Shown here one piece after another: positions 1 through 13,480 of a stretch of DNA of 64,000 nucleotides. A program made the position numbers and the translations under genes. Each line of letters begins with the position of its first letter. Position 1 is the stretch's first letter. The DNA comes from Puccinia triticina (taxonomy: Eukaryota): the NCBI GenBank assembly GCA_026914245.1, contig CP110440.1:2790001-2854000 (forward strand). The letters are read 5' to 3'. The notes beneath the pieces were generated by a model, which was given only the letters and a program-made list of their open reading frames with translations, was not told the DNA's origin and did not search any database.

Positions 1-440
1 AAGTTTGTCATAGCCTTTTACGCTTCATACACCAACCCTTCGACCACTGTCTTTTATTGTTTAGCCTGATTGTGTCAGCTATACTGGCCCTTGAAATAGA
101 GTCTCCGAAAATGGTAATTTCTCAATTATCCGTAACAATTTCCTAAATTACGCTCAAATTTTTTTATGTCCCCAAATAAGTACTATTGTGAATCTCCTCA
201 AATCAACACACACAATTCTAGCTTTTTCCGGAATTGACCGCGCTCAATTCCTAGCTTTACAATGTCTCATCTTATGCACCTGGGCAAACCTTTTCATGTA
301 TCCAAGCCATTCCCGTCCCCCGCCTTGATGGCACTCCTCTCGACGGCAGCAATACTCACCACTCATTTCTAATTCCGGCCAGCTCCTAGGGTCACTACTC
401 TACCACATCCTCAGCCCATAAATAAACCAACTCAGGCAAC

Positions 441-1178
441 ATGTTTGTCAGAGCTACATCCCCAATCCTGTACCAAATTCCTACTTTCCACATGGTTTTC
501 ATCCGGAGTTTCACCTTTGTCGCAGATCCCCCGCGCCTTAGCAGCAATAATATATTCAAAATTGTAGACAGTACCCCTTGGAGATCCACCATCAAAGACA
601 TGTCTCCGCTCTCCAATTTTCATTTCAAAATTTTTACATCAGCACCCCGTGGCACTGCTCCCTCTTCCGCTTCATGGCTGGTATTTGAGGGCAAAGCTAC
701 AGCTGCCTACAATGCTTGAAACATCATAATACAATGCTACTCCTCTTCTTACCATTTTGAAGTACCGCAGCAATTCAAAACGTTACCCTTTCCACACCTC
801 ATTGGTGACTTGAAAATCATTCAACAGTATCCACAAATCTTAGCGCTGGACCCTGAAACTCAACATGTTAGTTCTCCTTCAACATCAACTCAACAATCTA
901 AGCTGACCACATTTCAAAGTCCTCCCTGTTTGTTTGCCAATTTGAATCTGTTCAAAGCCATCCACCTGCGTTGGAACTCAACAACACTTACCATGTTCAA
1001 GCTCACATCACCAAAACTAGGGACGGGATAATTCAGCTCCAAGTCAGTCAGCACCATAATCATAATTCACTTTTTGCCCAGCAATAACTCATTAAATTTC
1101 CTCTCTTTTCAGATTAATCACCTATTTGACTACAAACTTTGTCTTCACATCAGTTGCAAAAGTCCTACAAGAGCTTAA
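441..1178 (+). pseudogene. Divergent Helitron companion-family gene (copy D), putative OB-fold protein
   Basis: Frame 441-866 reads through one TGA (717-719). GT-AG introns 867-919 (CTGAC branch) and 1043-1112, stop at 1176-1178. WLVFEGKA and LELNNTYHVQAHI occupy positions similar to VYIVSGKM and FQLGREALLSG in copy A. Confidence 0.4.
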
Positions 1179-2693
1179 ATCATAGTACTACAACTCTTAA
1201 ACCATTATTTGAACACGCTTCCCAATCTTTCACAATTGTAAACTTTATTTCATCATTGTGGAATCACAACTTTGCCGCTTTTTGGAATCGTCTACTACTT
1301 GAAATATTTGTGTCGTCAGATCATAGACAGTAATCTGACTCATGAGCTTCTCCTGCATAAAATTCACGCAGGAGCGCGGCCTCAACTGGAAATTATAATC
1401 TTCCCGTTAAACACCCACAATTCATAATGAAACCTGAGTCACACACGTAACCGCAAAATAATTGCTCTGCAATTGTTTCATTGCTCTTCTTCCCAAATCA
1501 TGCATGATGAACTGAGCATATGACCTTGGCAAACCAATGACAATCACCAATGCGTGATTTGCTCAGGCAATACTATTCAGTTGCATTGTCGTGGTAGGAT
1601 ACTTTACGTATCCCAGGCTTCAAGTCTTAATTCAGAAGAACACCACTGACTCAAAACTCACAAAATCAAATCCATCGTATACTCAAAAATAGACAAAATA
1701 CTTGCTAAACATAGCCGACCGCTTGGACATGCAGCCATAAGTATTTCGCAGTGAAATTCTACTATTGCCATGATTCCGGATTCTCCGTTGGAAACAGAAA
1801 AATTCCGCTACTTAAACCGCCTCTCGCACTTCATGCTTCTGCATGTATCTTGGTGTCATCCTCTAGGCACGTTGGGTTTCCCTTCTCCAGCTCAGAAAAA
1901 CATTACAACACTAAAACGCAATCGATGAAATTGTATATCCAAAACCAGCACAGGCAATCCTCAAGCGGATTGACAACATGGACATAGAAAGTTCTTAAAC
2001 ATTGTCTCGATGATACTATGTATATCAATGTGTTCCGGGAGCCTGTCTTGGATGCAGGCTCAGCTTCCTACCTAAACAGGTCTTCTTCCTTCTTAGAAAA
2101 TTCAGCATTTGGTTACCGCCATTGATACAATTTCTTGTTCCAGTTTCAAATCAGTTTCTTGTAGGCAATTTCAAATGTATTCTGACTCCATTTCCAATAC
2201 TACAGTATCATACTATCATACATACTCAATGTGCCGCTCCCGCTAACTCAAATAACATCCAAGAAACTTTTTCCGGCGCCTACTCTTGTTACATTATTAT
2301 TTGTGACCTTAGCAACAATTAGTTCCCTGTTGAATCCATAGCATGACTGTCATAACATTACCTTAACCGACCATTTGTATGACCTATTTTTGGACCATTC
2401 TCAGATCCCAGCGTTAGTTTGACGCAACTAAGTAAGCTATTCCTTATTCCGGGATCCCGTATACTCCATTTGGAACAACACCTACTCTATTCCTACAAAC
2501 TTCACCGACGCCAAATAACATAAATAGCTGTCATCACTTCCCCTTAAACGCCTGTCCCCGCACCAGATCCTCTGTTTTCAAACAACATTATAATATTGAC
2601 TTTCAACCTACAAAACCGGTCTATTCAGCTTACATCTTCCATTCTGTCCTCTTACTCGCCCATATCTCACACAAACAATCCTGGTTATCAAAC

Positions 2694-3950
2694 ATGGCCA
2701 CTCAAAAACGGCTCAGCCACCCTATGCAAACCCAAAGCCCAGTTAATATTTTTGAAATGGTGTGCCTCTCAATCATTCCTTCTCCAACTTACCATACCAA
2801 ACCTTTTCTAAGCCTCAGCTCTTCACTTCCCAGCAGCTTGACCAAAAAATCGCCCCTGGATTGGTTTATGGTCAACTCTTCTATTCTACTTCCATTGCTT
2901 ATACAGACCCTGACTCTTGAGAAGAAAAAAATCTCTTAGTAAAGCTGTGCGGTTATGGGTCTGCCATCTCAGCATTAATTGAAAACCGAGTTTACATAGT
3001 GTCTGGCAAGATGATTGCTCCTAACTCCAATGTTACCCCGGTGTTCTATTTTGACACTGACCTGCTTCTTGACGTTGGTGAATCCGAGACCTGTCCTATC
3101 AAATTCTCTGACAAGTGCTCCGTTGTTGGATTTGGTATTGTCATTGCTAAACGTGAAGTGTCTGAAGAGCTTGTAAACAGCACGATTAAAAATCTCATTG
3201 TTACCCTCCAACATTTGGATTATGATCCTTTGGTAAGTTTGTTCTATACCATCCTCAACAACCGATCCACTTGGTTCCTGACGCTGAGAACATTTAGACC
3301 AAGCAACAAATCCAGTTCAAGGCCCAATACAAAATCAGCGGTTGCAAAAACTTGGCCAATACCTTCGGCCTGTTCCAACTTGGACGCGAGGCGCTCCTCT
3401 CTGGAAACATTTGTGGTTATGACAAAGAGACTTTTATGTGGATGATCAATGTATGTTTACAATGATCCAATGCCTGATCTACATTACTGACATGTTACCA
3501 TATCTGGCCAAGACCCTTGCGGTCTCAATTGCGTCAGGTCATCAATCAACTGGCTTGATCCAGAATCTAGGGCCCGGTAAAACTCCCGCTGTTCGCCGCC
3601 GCCCTGGGTTGTAAGTCAATCCTTTATCTTATTCTCTTGTTGTTCCGTTGCTGATATACTTATCCCAATACAGGATCTCATTGGAAGATTGGGGCAGTTC
3701 GAGTTTGAAACCAATTCAGATCAATGATGAAGCGGCGATAGTTAGCCACGTTCCATCCACTTCTGAATCAGCTCCTGGCAACGGCGAAGCCAATCACAAG
3801 AATTATTACAACACTATTGCCAGCACAGGTTCCAAAAAAAGAACTAGGAAGGACATTCTTGCTGATGCTAAACGCGCCAAGAAGGACCTGTGCGCACCGG
3901 CAGACGCAAAGCCCTTGGCCTCCGGAAATGTTCAAGGACCAATCCCCTGA
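2694..3950 (+). pseudogene. Helitron companion gene (copy A), 5 exons, about 330 codons with one in-frame stop
   Basis: Exons 2694-2759, 2834-3232, 3298-3450, 3513-3610 and 3674-3950, all GT-AG. TGA at 2918-2920. Clear homology to 35911-37116: HLDYDPL/HSNWDPQ, TFGLFQLGRE/TFNLFIVGRE, RKDILADAKRAKK/RKDILKDAAKRMK. Confidence 0.8.
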
Positions 3951-4450
3951 ATCCTGCTCTGTCTACATTACTTAGTAGCTGTTCAATACAAACAGGCCCT
4001 CATATTGTTTTTGTTCCCTAGACGACCATTTATTGGTTCTGTTCCCTAGATTTGGTCTTCCTTGCACCTGTGTCCACTCGGAATTCTCCTATTCCGCCGC
4101 TTCTCCTCATTCTCTTATTTATAGACATGTAGCTAAATTCACCTGTAGCAAAATTCCAACCCCTTTTGATAAACCATCTTTGAAAAACCTCCCTGCGTCT
4201 GCCTTTACCAGGCCTTGTGATACGTGCTTCCTGAAATGTCAACCGTTGGGTCTACGGTTGGCTAACCGTGCATCTCTCTTGCTATTAATTAAGTCCAATT
4301 TTTCAACCTCGACTCTTCTCCTTCACTCCCTTATTGTGTTCATTTGAGTCGTCGACCCACCCCTGAGCGTCCACTATCAACCTAAACTGTCCGATTATAT
4401 TTGTATGATTCAACTTCTGTTGAGGTTTTGTTGCCGTAACCAAAACTCAC

Positions 4451-7400
4451 ATGCCTCCTCCCAAAGGACTTGCCGTTCCTTCATCGGACCTGAACAATGA
4501 AGAATATTTATTGAAAATCTTCAAGGAAGAGATGCCCAACTACTTAGGCCCTTACACTTACATCTGCATAAAATGCCATGCGCTTCATTGGAAATGCAAG
4601 AGAACTGGACCAGGAAAGGACGCAGATCGTGCACCGTATTCAATGTGTTGTCAGAAAGGCTAGGTTTTGGTCCCGGTTACATACAGTGGCGCAAATTATC
4701 CACAGTTCCTGAAGCAACTGTTGCAAGGCCAAGACAAGTGTTCGTCTGAGTAAACATGAAACTGGTATTCAATCCTGACACGTCTTATGTTCATAGGATC
4801 AAAAACTTTCCAGCGTCAGCTTCGGAATTATAATAATGGCCTGGCTTTCGCACCCCTTGGAGCCAAAGTCAATCACAGTGTTCAGGGACAGCGTGGCGTT
4901 TACACCTTCAAAGTGAAAGGAGCTCTATTTCATAAATTACCAGAGGATCATCCTGGTGTTAAGGCAAACGCTCAGTATGCTCAAATATACGTATTTGGCG
5001 GAGACAATGAGAAGGAAACAGGCATGCAACAACACAAGTGCGGGGCCGAAGTCAATTTCAAAATTTTAAATCATATACAAAAGTTTATTTTGACCAACAA
5101 TTCATACACAAAGTTTTATCAAACTATTTCTCAACAGCTAGAGCAAAATCCAGCAGCAACTTTTGTCCTGAGGGCTTTGGATCTTCCAGGGCTTAATTGG
5201 AACACTTACAATCACCCGTGAGTCAACGAAATAGCCTACATCTTGGACTGTTACGACAAAGAAAAAATTGGCAAACGCAATGTGGCATTGCGTACCCATG
5301 GCAGAGGTGTACAATACGTCACAGACTTATTTCCTGGATATTTGGCGCTTTGTTATCCAATCTTCTTCCCTTTTGGGGAACAGGGATGGCTGAAGGACTA
5401 TGCAATCCCCGGCACATGTCAGTCAACCTCAGTTTTATTACAATCATGTTCAAATTAACTTACATTTTTTGTACCAGTTCGCGAAATAAGCCAATGCAAG
5501 TGGTACGCTACCATGTGCTTTGAGAAAGATGGTGAATTCTCCGTCATTCTACATGGGAAGGCCCTGTTCCAAGAAATCATTGTCAATATGTACATATGTG
5601 TCAAATGTTCTTGACTTGATTGGGTGTTCCACAATCAAGGGGATCTGAAAGCAGCAATGTACCAAGGCGCGGCCAAATCCATGATGAATGAACAGGACAT
5701 AGACGGACGCTGGGTGGTTTTGCCATCTACTTTTGCAGGCTCACCCCAAAACCTGATACAGCTTTATCAAGATGCTATGGCAATTTTCAGGGAATTTGGG
5801 TCCCCTTCCCTATTTGTGACCATGACTGCAAATCCGAGATGGAGGGAAATTCAAGAAGCGTTGAAACCGGGGCAAGACGCAAGCAATAGGCCGGATTTAG
5901 TCACCAGGGTATTCTTCCGCAAATTTGTCTCCTTACTCGAAGACCTCCTCATGAAAGACCGTCTAGGACAGGTGACAGCCAACGTATTTGTCAGCCTTAG
6001 AGTCATCACAGCTGACCTAAAAGCTGCTTGTTCTACCTTTGTTACATATAAATTACTTTTTATCTTTTTCATCTTAAGAGATAACCTTGTTTTGACTTCA
6101 TATTCTGTTTCCTCATGCAATTTTAACCCTAGTTACAACTTATCAATTCATTGTAACTATACTCCTTCCCTGAGTTATTGAGTTGTGGCGCGCTTGCGCA
6201 GTTGTGACGTGTCAGCGCTACCAGGCGCGCCAAACCACATGTACATATGTAAATTACATAAGCAAACTGTGAAAATTTTCGTAGTCAGGATCCCCCTTGC
6301 CTGAGGCGGATCTACAGACTCGAGCACACCAGAACCACCACCCAGATAACTCCAGGATCACCACCAAAGAGCCTACTATACTCCCAGTATACCTACCGTC
6401 ACAGGCGCCTAGGATATTGACAGTAAGTAACCTCTTTCACTGAACCTTGTTTATCTCAGAGGTACAACTCTGTGTCTTGATTGATCTGCTCTTTCTTCTG
6501 GTTTTGCCTCCTTCTTGATCACAGGGCTGTCCCTCCAAATCCACAGGCCTTTGCCTCTATCTTGATCACAGGGCTGTCCCTTATTATCACTTGGCCTTTG
6601 CCTCAAATCTAGGTTACAGGGCTGTCCCTCAGGTTTCCCTTTAAGAACCTTGACTATCCAGAAGGAAGCTAAAAAATTGTGGCTGGATTAAACTTATCTA
6701 ATCCAGATACCCTCCTGAGAGGAAGCTGTAGCACTTCTAGCACAGATTAGCAGCACTCTTCTGAAGAGTAGCATTGCCAGTGGACGCGCATTCCCACTAG
6801 AATAACCTAGTACTTCTCTTTTTCCTTATCCTGCTTGGTTTCTCTCTCTCTTTCTCTTTTTCTCTTATAGTTGTAGTTTCTTTATCCCAAGAAATCCAAC
6901 TATTGCCCCTCCATTTCTTGTGTTCTTTTGTCACTATAGAGACTCAGGCTCACAGTATTTACTATTGAATTTCAGAAACGCGGTCTCCCACATGCTCACA
7001 CCATGGCGATGATGCGGACACCAGATATTCCTAAGACCCCTGAGCAGATAGATTCTGTGGTCACCGCTGAAATCCCGGACCCTGTCAAGGAACCTCGACT
7101 GTACAAAATAGTTAGAGGCAATATGTTACACGGCCCCTGTACCACCAGCTCCAATTGCTGGAAGGATGATATGTGCAAATATACATTCCCAAAACCATTT
7201 CATCCCACGACAGAATTGACTGACGACGCATATCCCAATTATTGGAGACGGGACGACGGGCAACGTGTCCAAAAGAGTGGGACCCAGTTTCATAACGGCC
7301 ACGTCATCCCGTATAATAAATTCCTTCTCCTCAAGTACGACTGCAATATTAATGTCAAAATCCCCTTCTCAATTTGAGCTATGAAGTGTCTCTTCAAATA

Positions 7401-9876
7401 CATTTGCAAGGGCGTAGACAGGGCTTCCATGAAGCTCATGGATGGCGATGAAATTCAGAAATTTATTAATGGGCGGTAAATTGGCCCATGCAAAGGTGCA
7501 ACAATTTGGCGTCCCTTGCATGTCTCATCAGCTAGCAACTACTAACCTTGCTTTGCTTCTTAGCCGCCTATTGCCTATTCCAGTTCCCGATGAATGGCAG
7601 GTCACCTACAGTTCAACAATTAGCGCTTCACCTCCATAACCAACAGACTATTTATTATATATCTGAGAAGAAAGCAAAAGAATCGATTCAGAGCGGAAAG
7701 GCTGAGCGTACCACCTTGACTGAGTTTTATGCCATTTGTAACACAGATTTTCAAGGCCTCGGCGTATTTGCTCGGGATTGTCTCTACCAGGATATGCCAA
7801 AGTACTTTGTATGGACTAAGGATAAGCGGTGGAAACCAAGAGCCTATGCGTCGGAGGCAGTGGGCCGAATCTATTTTGCCGACATTTCAGAGGGAGAGCA
7901 ATACTATCTGAGACTTCTCCTCCTAAATGTGCAAGGCCCCAAGAGCTCTCAAGATCTTTGAACCGTTGACGGAGTTTAGCATTTAACATTCCGAGCTGCC
8001 GCCGAAGCTCTAGGCCTACTTGCATCTGACAAGCACTACGCTACCTGTATCCAAGAGGCTTCCCTATGGATGTTGGGCGCAGGTTTAAGAGCTCTCTTCT
8101 GCATTATGCTGGTCCACAGCCCTCCAGCAAACCCTCAACAGCTCCTTGACCAGTTCATTGATGTATTGGGGGACGATTCCAAGTACTGCCTAAGACTTAG
8201 TCCTGCAGGTATAAATCCCAGTCCAGACAACTGTGTTGCCTTAACAAAGTACCAAATCAAAACGCAGTTGAAGAAAAATATGAAGTTGCTTGAGTACATT
8301 GGAATTGTAGGGACCGACCGTAGCCTATGGCCTGAACTTGGTCGGGTCTTTGCGCCGGAGCAATTGTCAATGTATAATCCAGCCAAAAATTATGAAGACA
8401 AGTACTTAAGACTTACCCTTGATCAACGATATATTGTGGACAACATAATCAAATTAGCAAACAGAAGAGATCCTTGGATGGTTTACATTGATGGACCTGG
8501 GGGAACTGGCAAAAAAATTGTCCTTAACACTTTGTTTCACTATTTCAACTGCAGAGGTTTTGCAATCGCGGCTGTGGCTTCTTCCGGAATTGCTTCGTTA
8601 GTCCTCCAAGATGCAACCACTGCTCATGCTCAATTCAAAATACCTCTAAAAATAAATTCCACTTCTCTCTGCGTTTGGGAGCCACGGTCGCGTCTTCGGC
8701 AAGAATTGTCCCAACTTGACATCATTATTTGGGATGAAATATCAATGCAAAATTGCCTGTCTGTTGAAGCCGTTGACAGAAGTTTCCGAGACCTCAAGAA
8801 AAACCAGAAGTTTCCAAGACCTCAAGAAAAACAATATTCCTTTTGGAGGAGTCAACGGTATCTTTGGAGGTGATTTCCGTCAAACTCTGCCGGTTGTAAA
8901 GATGGGTGATATGATGTCACAGGGCAAATTATGCATGCTGAACTCCCCGCTATGGGCGAACGTCAAAAAATTCCACCTTCGCCGCAACATTTGATTATTG
9001 GGCTCAGAGGATCAGCCACTTGAACGAGGTTCTGTTCAGTTCAATAAATGGCAACTGAATATTGGGGAAGGGACTATACAGAAGGACTTGGTCGATCGCA
9101 TCCCGTTGCGTTTTGGGACCCTTTTCAGGAATCACTCAATTCCGGCTCTATTGTCAGACATCATCAAATTCAGTTATGGCCAATTAACCGTTCAAGAACA
9201 GCCATTCTCTGACCAGTTTCTGACTGAGTACTAACAGAACAGGGCAATAATTACTCCTCTGAACAAATACGTCAAGACCATCAATAAACGGTGTCTGAAA
9301 CTACTGCCTGGCAAACTCTTCATGTCCACTTCGATAGATCAAATGACAGACTCAACTGAGAAAGCCGTCCCGGAAGATTACCTGAACAAGGTTGATGTTC
9401 CAAACTTTCCTGGACATAAGTTAGAGTTAAAGGTTGGACAGCCATTTGTCCTGCTCCGGAACTTGTGTCTTGGTGACGGATTGGCCAATGGTACCAAACT
9501 GTTACTCCTCAATATTGAACGGACAGTACTGCAAGTCAAAATCCTTACCGGCACTGCAATCGGAAAAATTCAAGCTTTACCTTGAATCAACCTGAAATAC
9601 AAGCCCAACATGGAATTCGAATGTTCTTTCTCGAGATTTCAATTCCCTGTTGTCAGCGCATTTGCCATGACCATCAATAAGTGCCAAGGGCAGTCCCTCA
9701 ATCATGTCGGTGTGTTTTTGCCTCGCCCTGTATTTGCGCATGGCCAATTGTATGTGGCCTTGTCAAGAGCAACCTCTGTTTCGGGATTGGCCATGGCGTA
9801 TGTGCCAGAAGAAGATAGTCCTGTTACTACTAATGTTGTAAATATTGGCCTGCTTTCTTCACATTTGCGACCGTAA
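4451..9876 (+). mobile_element. Helitron 1 Rep/helicase (RepHel) pseudogene: HUH-Y2 Rep plus PIF1-family helicase
   Basis: N-terminal CxxCxALHW...CC Zn motif, VVLPSTFAGSP, LFVTMTANPRW, IEFQKRGLPHAH (6964-6999), HGPC, Walker A DGPGGTGK, IIWDEISM, GDFRQTLPVV, FAMTINKCQGQS and HGQLYVALSR. Multiple stops and frameshifts, introns and a solo-LTR insertion. Element termini were not resolved. Confidence 0.95.
5989..6954. mobile_element. Solo LTR (966 bp) inserted in Helitron 1 Rep
   Basis: TGTCAGCCT...AGGCTCACA termini with 5-bp TSD GTATT (5984-5988 and 6955-6959). Removing it restores ANVFTIEFQKRGLPHAH. A near-identical copy lies at 45552-46519. Confidence 0.9.
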
Positions 9877-10615
9877 CATAATATTTGTGTATCTATTCTG
9901 ATACACGTGTCCTATGTGGTTGTAAACTTTATACTTGTTCCCTTTGGTCGCAGTGAGCGTGTCACTTTTCGGAGTCAAATGTTCCTGCAAGACTCTGCCA
10001 CCCAAAGATCAAGATTTGGTTCCTTTTGAGTTGGTGCTGAATCACTGTTTAAACTAAAAGGAGACTAATAGGATTTACACTGTCCTTGTTCTGTACAGAA
10101 ACCACCTTTGCATTGGTGCCATGGAAGAAAACAGGGAGGTCGGTTCAGAGTACATATTCTCCTTATGCCTGGTTATTAAGATTTCAGCATTGTAATTCAC
10201 ATCACGTACTGCAGCCATAAGTCCGTTGATTCCAGTGCCTGAATTTCATTATCACAAAACACCTATTCTCTGTTATGACAAATTAATGTTCAGGAGCCAC
10301 TTGTAGCCGTTTTTTATCAATGTTTACACTTATTTACATTTTACAATCATAAAAGGGAGAGTCTGGGTACACTGATGAGGCATTGATTGAGCAGATAAGA
10401 AGGTTTTTTGTTTGAAGTTTTTGATTCACGATTATGCCTGTAAACACTAAACAATTCATTTTAGTCTTAACTCAGGGCCTTTTATCTCTTCTGGGAAACC
10501 GTCAGGTGGTGAAATGATATGTGTTGTCATTTGGGTCTTGATTCACACAAATATGAGACAGGGGGAGGCCCAATACTAAACATCCACATTGATGATTCCC
10601 AATTATTGACAAGTT

Positions 10616-10771
10616 CCTGGCCGAGTGCTTCGGACATATGGATGACTCAATCTGAACACGTGATGGTAGAGCAGAAATAGGCATGATGAAAACTCCTGGC
10701 CGAGTGCTCCGGACATATGGATGACTCAATCTGAACACGTGATGGTAGAGCAGAAATAGGCACGATGAAAA
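10616..10771. repeat. Tandem duplication, 79-bp period, 2 copies
   Basis: cctggccgagtgc..ggacatatggatgactcaatctgaacacgtgatggtagagcagaaataggc occurs at 10616 and 10695. Confidence 0.85.
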
Positions 10772-11112
10772 CGCTTGTAATGAGCCAAAGCAAAAATCTG
10801 TGTGAAAGATTTATTTCTGAATTGGAGCTTATGCCAAGATGCGGATGGAGGGTTGATTTGGAATTTGGTCTTCAAGTGTTGGTCGGTAATATCAAATCGC
10901 ACTGAAGCAACTCAGAATCAATATGCAAGCCCTATGAAGAACCAATTCTGGGAATATCACTAACCAGAACTGGTATTATATCAAGATTTTGCTCCACGTC
11001 AATCAATTTCGCTCGGATAAAGACCATTGACTGAAATGGTATTGGATTTTTATGGAATTCCAATAAATGCTTCAGAATTTTCATGAAGAGAGTTCCTGCC
11101 TGACAAATATCT

Positions 11113-11192
11113 TCCCCCTTGCCTGAGGAGGATCTACAGACTTCAGCACACCAGAACCACACCCCAGATAACCCCAGGATCACCACCAAAGA
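11113..11192 (+). repeat. Internal fragment of the solo-LTR family
   Basis: ccccttgcctgagg.ggatctacagact..agcacaccagaaccac...ccaggatcaccaccaaagag matches about 6291-6371 and 45856-45934. Confidence 0.75.
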
Positions 11193-11699
11193 GATTATGG
11201 TGTTGCAAGTGCGTCTGGGCACTTACCCAACTCCCGCTTGGCCGAGTGCCTCCGGGGGTTGGGCATGTGCCCAGCGGGCTTGATCGGGCAGGTTGTGCGG
11301 GGGGCAGAGCTTGGCACACAGCCAAGTCCCGCTTGGCTGAGATCAAGAGCTGGGCCAATAGGATCACCGACTAGCACCCACCACCTCTTGACTTACTCAA
11401 CACCTAGGTCCATTTCCATAAAATATTGGTTCAATGTAAGTTTTTCTGTTTTAAATTCTTTTCCCTTTTTTTTTGACCATTTGTTCTTCTTCATTTTAGA
11501 TGTCTCAGCCGGCTGTGATGGACTCGGCAGAATTAGAACTCAAGGCGGATCAAGAGAGAGCTTGTAACCTCGCCAGTGAGCTTCGAGAACTACAATGGAA
11601 GAAATTTCAAGCCAAAACAATCGTGAAGTCAAAAGATAAGTTGAATGAAAAACATACTTATAAGAACGATTGACTTACACACAAGGATTGCAAACCCAA

Positions 11700-12380
11700 T
11701 TTGATGATCAAGCCTGAGGTTTGAGATTTAATCCGCCAAAATGTAATCGGTAAAAACATGAAGACGGTTGATGCCACCAAGACGTTCAATGTTTCTTGAC
11801 GCCAGGTCCAGCGCATCAAGGCCGAAGATCCAAATCATGTCAAGACTCACAAGAAGCGTCCCAGCAAGTTCACCGACAACATGAAAACCAAGCTTCTCCT
11901 TCAGCTTGAGCAGAGGTCATCAACCACCCTGGCGGAAATGGCCCAATTCATCAAGGACCAATTTGACGTCAAGGTTTTGACACAGGCAATTAGTAACCTG
12001 ATCCATGATATGGATATATTGTGGAAACATGTTAATAATATACCTGCAGCCTGGAACAAGCCCGACTTGCTCAACCAGCCGGCCAATTTTGTGAATCTGT
12101 GTGGTTTGGACCTCGGAAGGATGGTTGTTTTTGTTGACAAATCCGGATTCAATCTTCATTCTGGTTGGGCTTTTGGCTACTCTCCTTCTGGTATGTTTCT
12201 TTTCTGCTCTTTGCTTGTGTCTGTTGTTATTCTGATTGTTTTGTTGCTTGATTCAAGGCCAGCCTGCTGTCTTGAGCCTCATGCCCAAGGCCAAGCAGGT
12301 GACCTTGATAGGGGCCCTGTCCGAGGAGGGCTTTGTTTATCACGAGCTGCGCAACGCCGATAACACCAAGGCCAAGGGGC
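11700..12380 (+). mobile_element. Truncated Tc1/IS630-like DDE transposase relic
   Basis: HTH-like N-terminus (TLAEMAQFIKDQFDVKV), first catalytic motif VVFVDKSGFNL (canonical DESGF), an intron at about 12191-12257, then VTLIGALSEEG. Contains stops and is 3'-truncated. Confidence 0.75.
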
Positions 12381-12943
12381 CAAAATCAAATTTCATCTTC
12401 TTCAAAGTGATCCCTTATTAGCCGCTAGAAGAAAGAAAAGCAAAGCTGCCTCAAATTCAACCCAAGATCACTCGGAATATGAAAACATGAAGGCTTACGA
12501 CTTGTTTCAAACACCGGCTGAACTTGAACTCTTTTAAAAAGGTGTATTAATTACCAAGAGCCAGAACTCAACAACTACTTCAAGAGAAGATGCGTTCATG
12601 GACATAATCTTTGACTTCAATTTGATGGAAAATCCTCCTGAGCAGCCAGGCAACGTAATTGAAATTGGTGCAAATGAAGACAATCAAGCTGATGAATCAA
12701 ACTGGGATCCAAAAGAGCTCTGGGTTGCGTAATCTCATTCCCTTTAATTTTTTCTGCCTTGTTTCGCATGTACCCTTAGCATAGTGTTATGAAAACAGAA
12801 ATATCTTGTCTCCTCTCTAAAAAAAACACGGGAACTGGCGCCCCGGTGCGCCCGGGGCGCCCCCAGCCAAAGGCACCATTTTTTGGCGCCGAAGTGCGCG
12901 CCCGTGAGCGCGCACTTTTCCAAATGTGGCGCCAACAACCATA
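12381..12943 (+). mobile_element. Possible 3' end of a hAT-like element
   Basis: Acidic degenerate coding tail ending ...ESNWDPKELWVA* (about 12732), a GC-rich subterminal tract, and terminus ...GGCGCCAACAACCATA. Its reverse complement TATGGTTG resembles the TAGGGTTG TIR of the hAT at 29733. Confidence 0.35.
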
Positions 12944-13480
12944 CTCCAGAAGTATGTTTGGGGTGCGCCCCTCATGTGCACCATCTCTGTTGGGGTACAT
13001 TGGATTGCACCCCAATATCTAAGCTTTTTTTGGAGTTTTGATGCAACCACCCTAATGTTTTTGGGGTGGCCAGGTGGGTACCGCTTGAAGATTGGTGTGT
13101 CATTAAGAATACCCCAATTTTGTTGGTGTACCCAGTAGTGTACCCCTTTTTGTTGGTGTACATGAAGTAAAAACTTGGGGTGCATTTAGCATGCCCCATT
13201 TTTTACAGGGCCTTGTACCTTGTAAAAAAACACTTTGTAAAATTGAACCACCCCTATCTAAAAGCAATAAAACCATGTGATTTACACTGATCTTTTGTGT
13301 AATATGTACTGTGAAAAACAATGTGTTCTGAAATTCTTGGAATTGGTGAAATGACTGTGGAACTGAGTGAAAGTATTACAAGGTAACATTTTGTATGTAC
13401 TATCTTCATTTTAAAAGTTTCAGATAAATTCAATGCCAAATCCCGTAATATTATGATCAAAATTACTAATTTGAACAAAG

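Noticed and set aside
8778..8832. 28-bp direct repeat in helicase 1 as a programmed frameshift signal
   Set aside because: A simple tandem duplication in an already disrupted gene.
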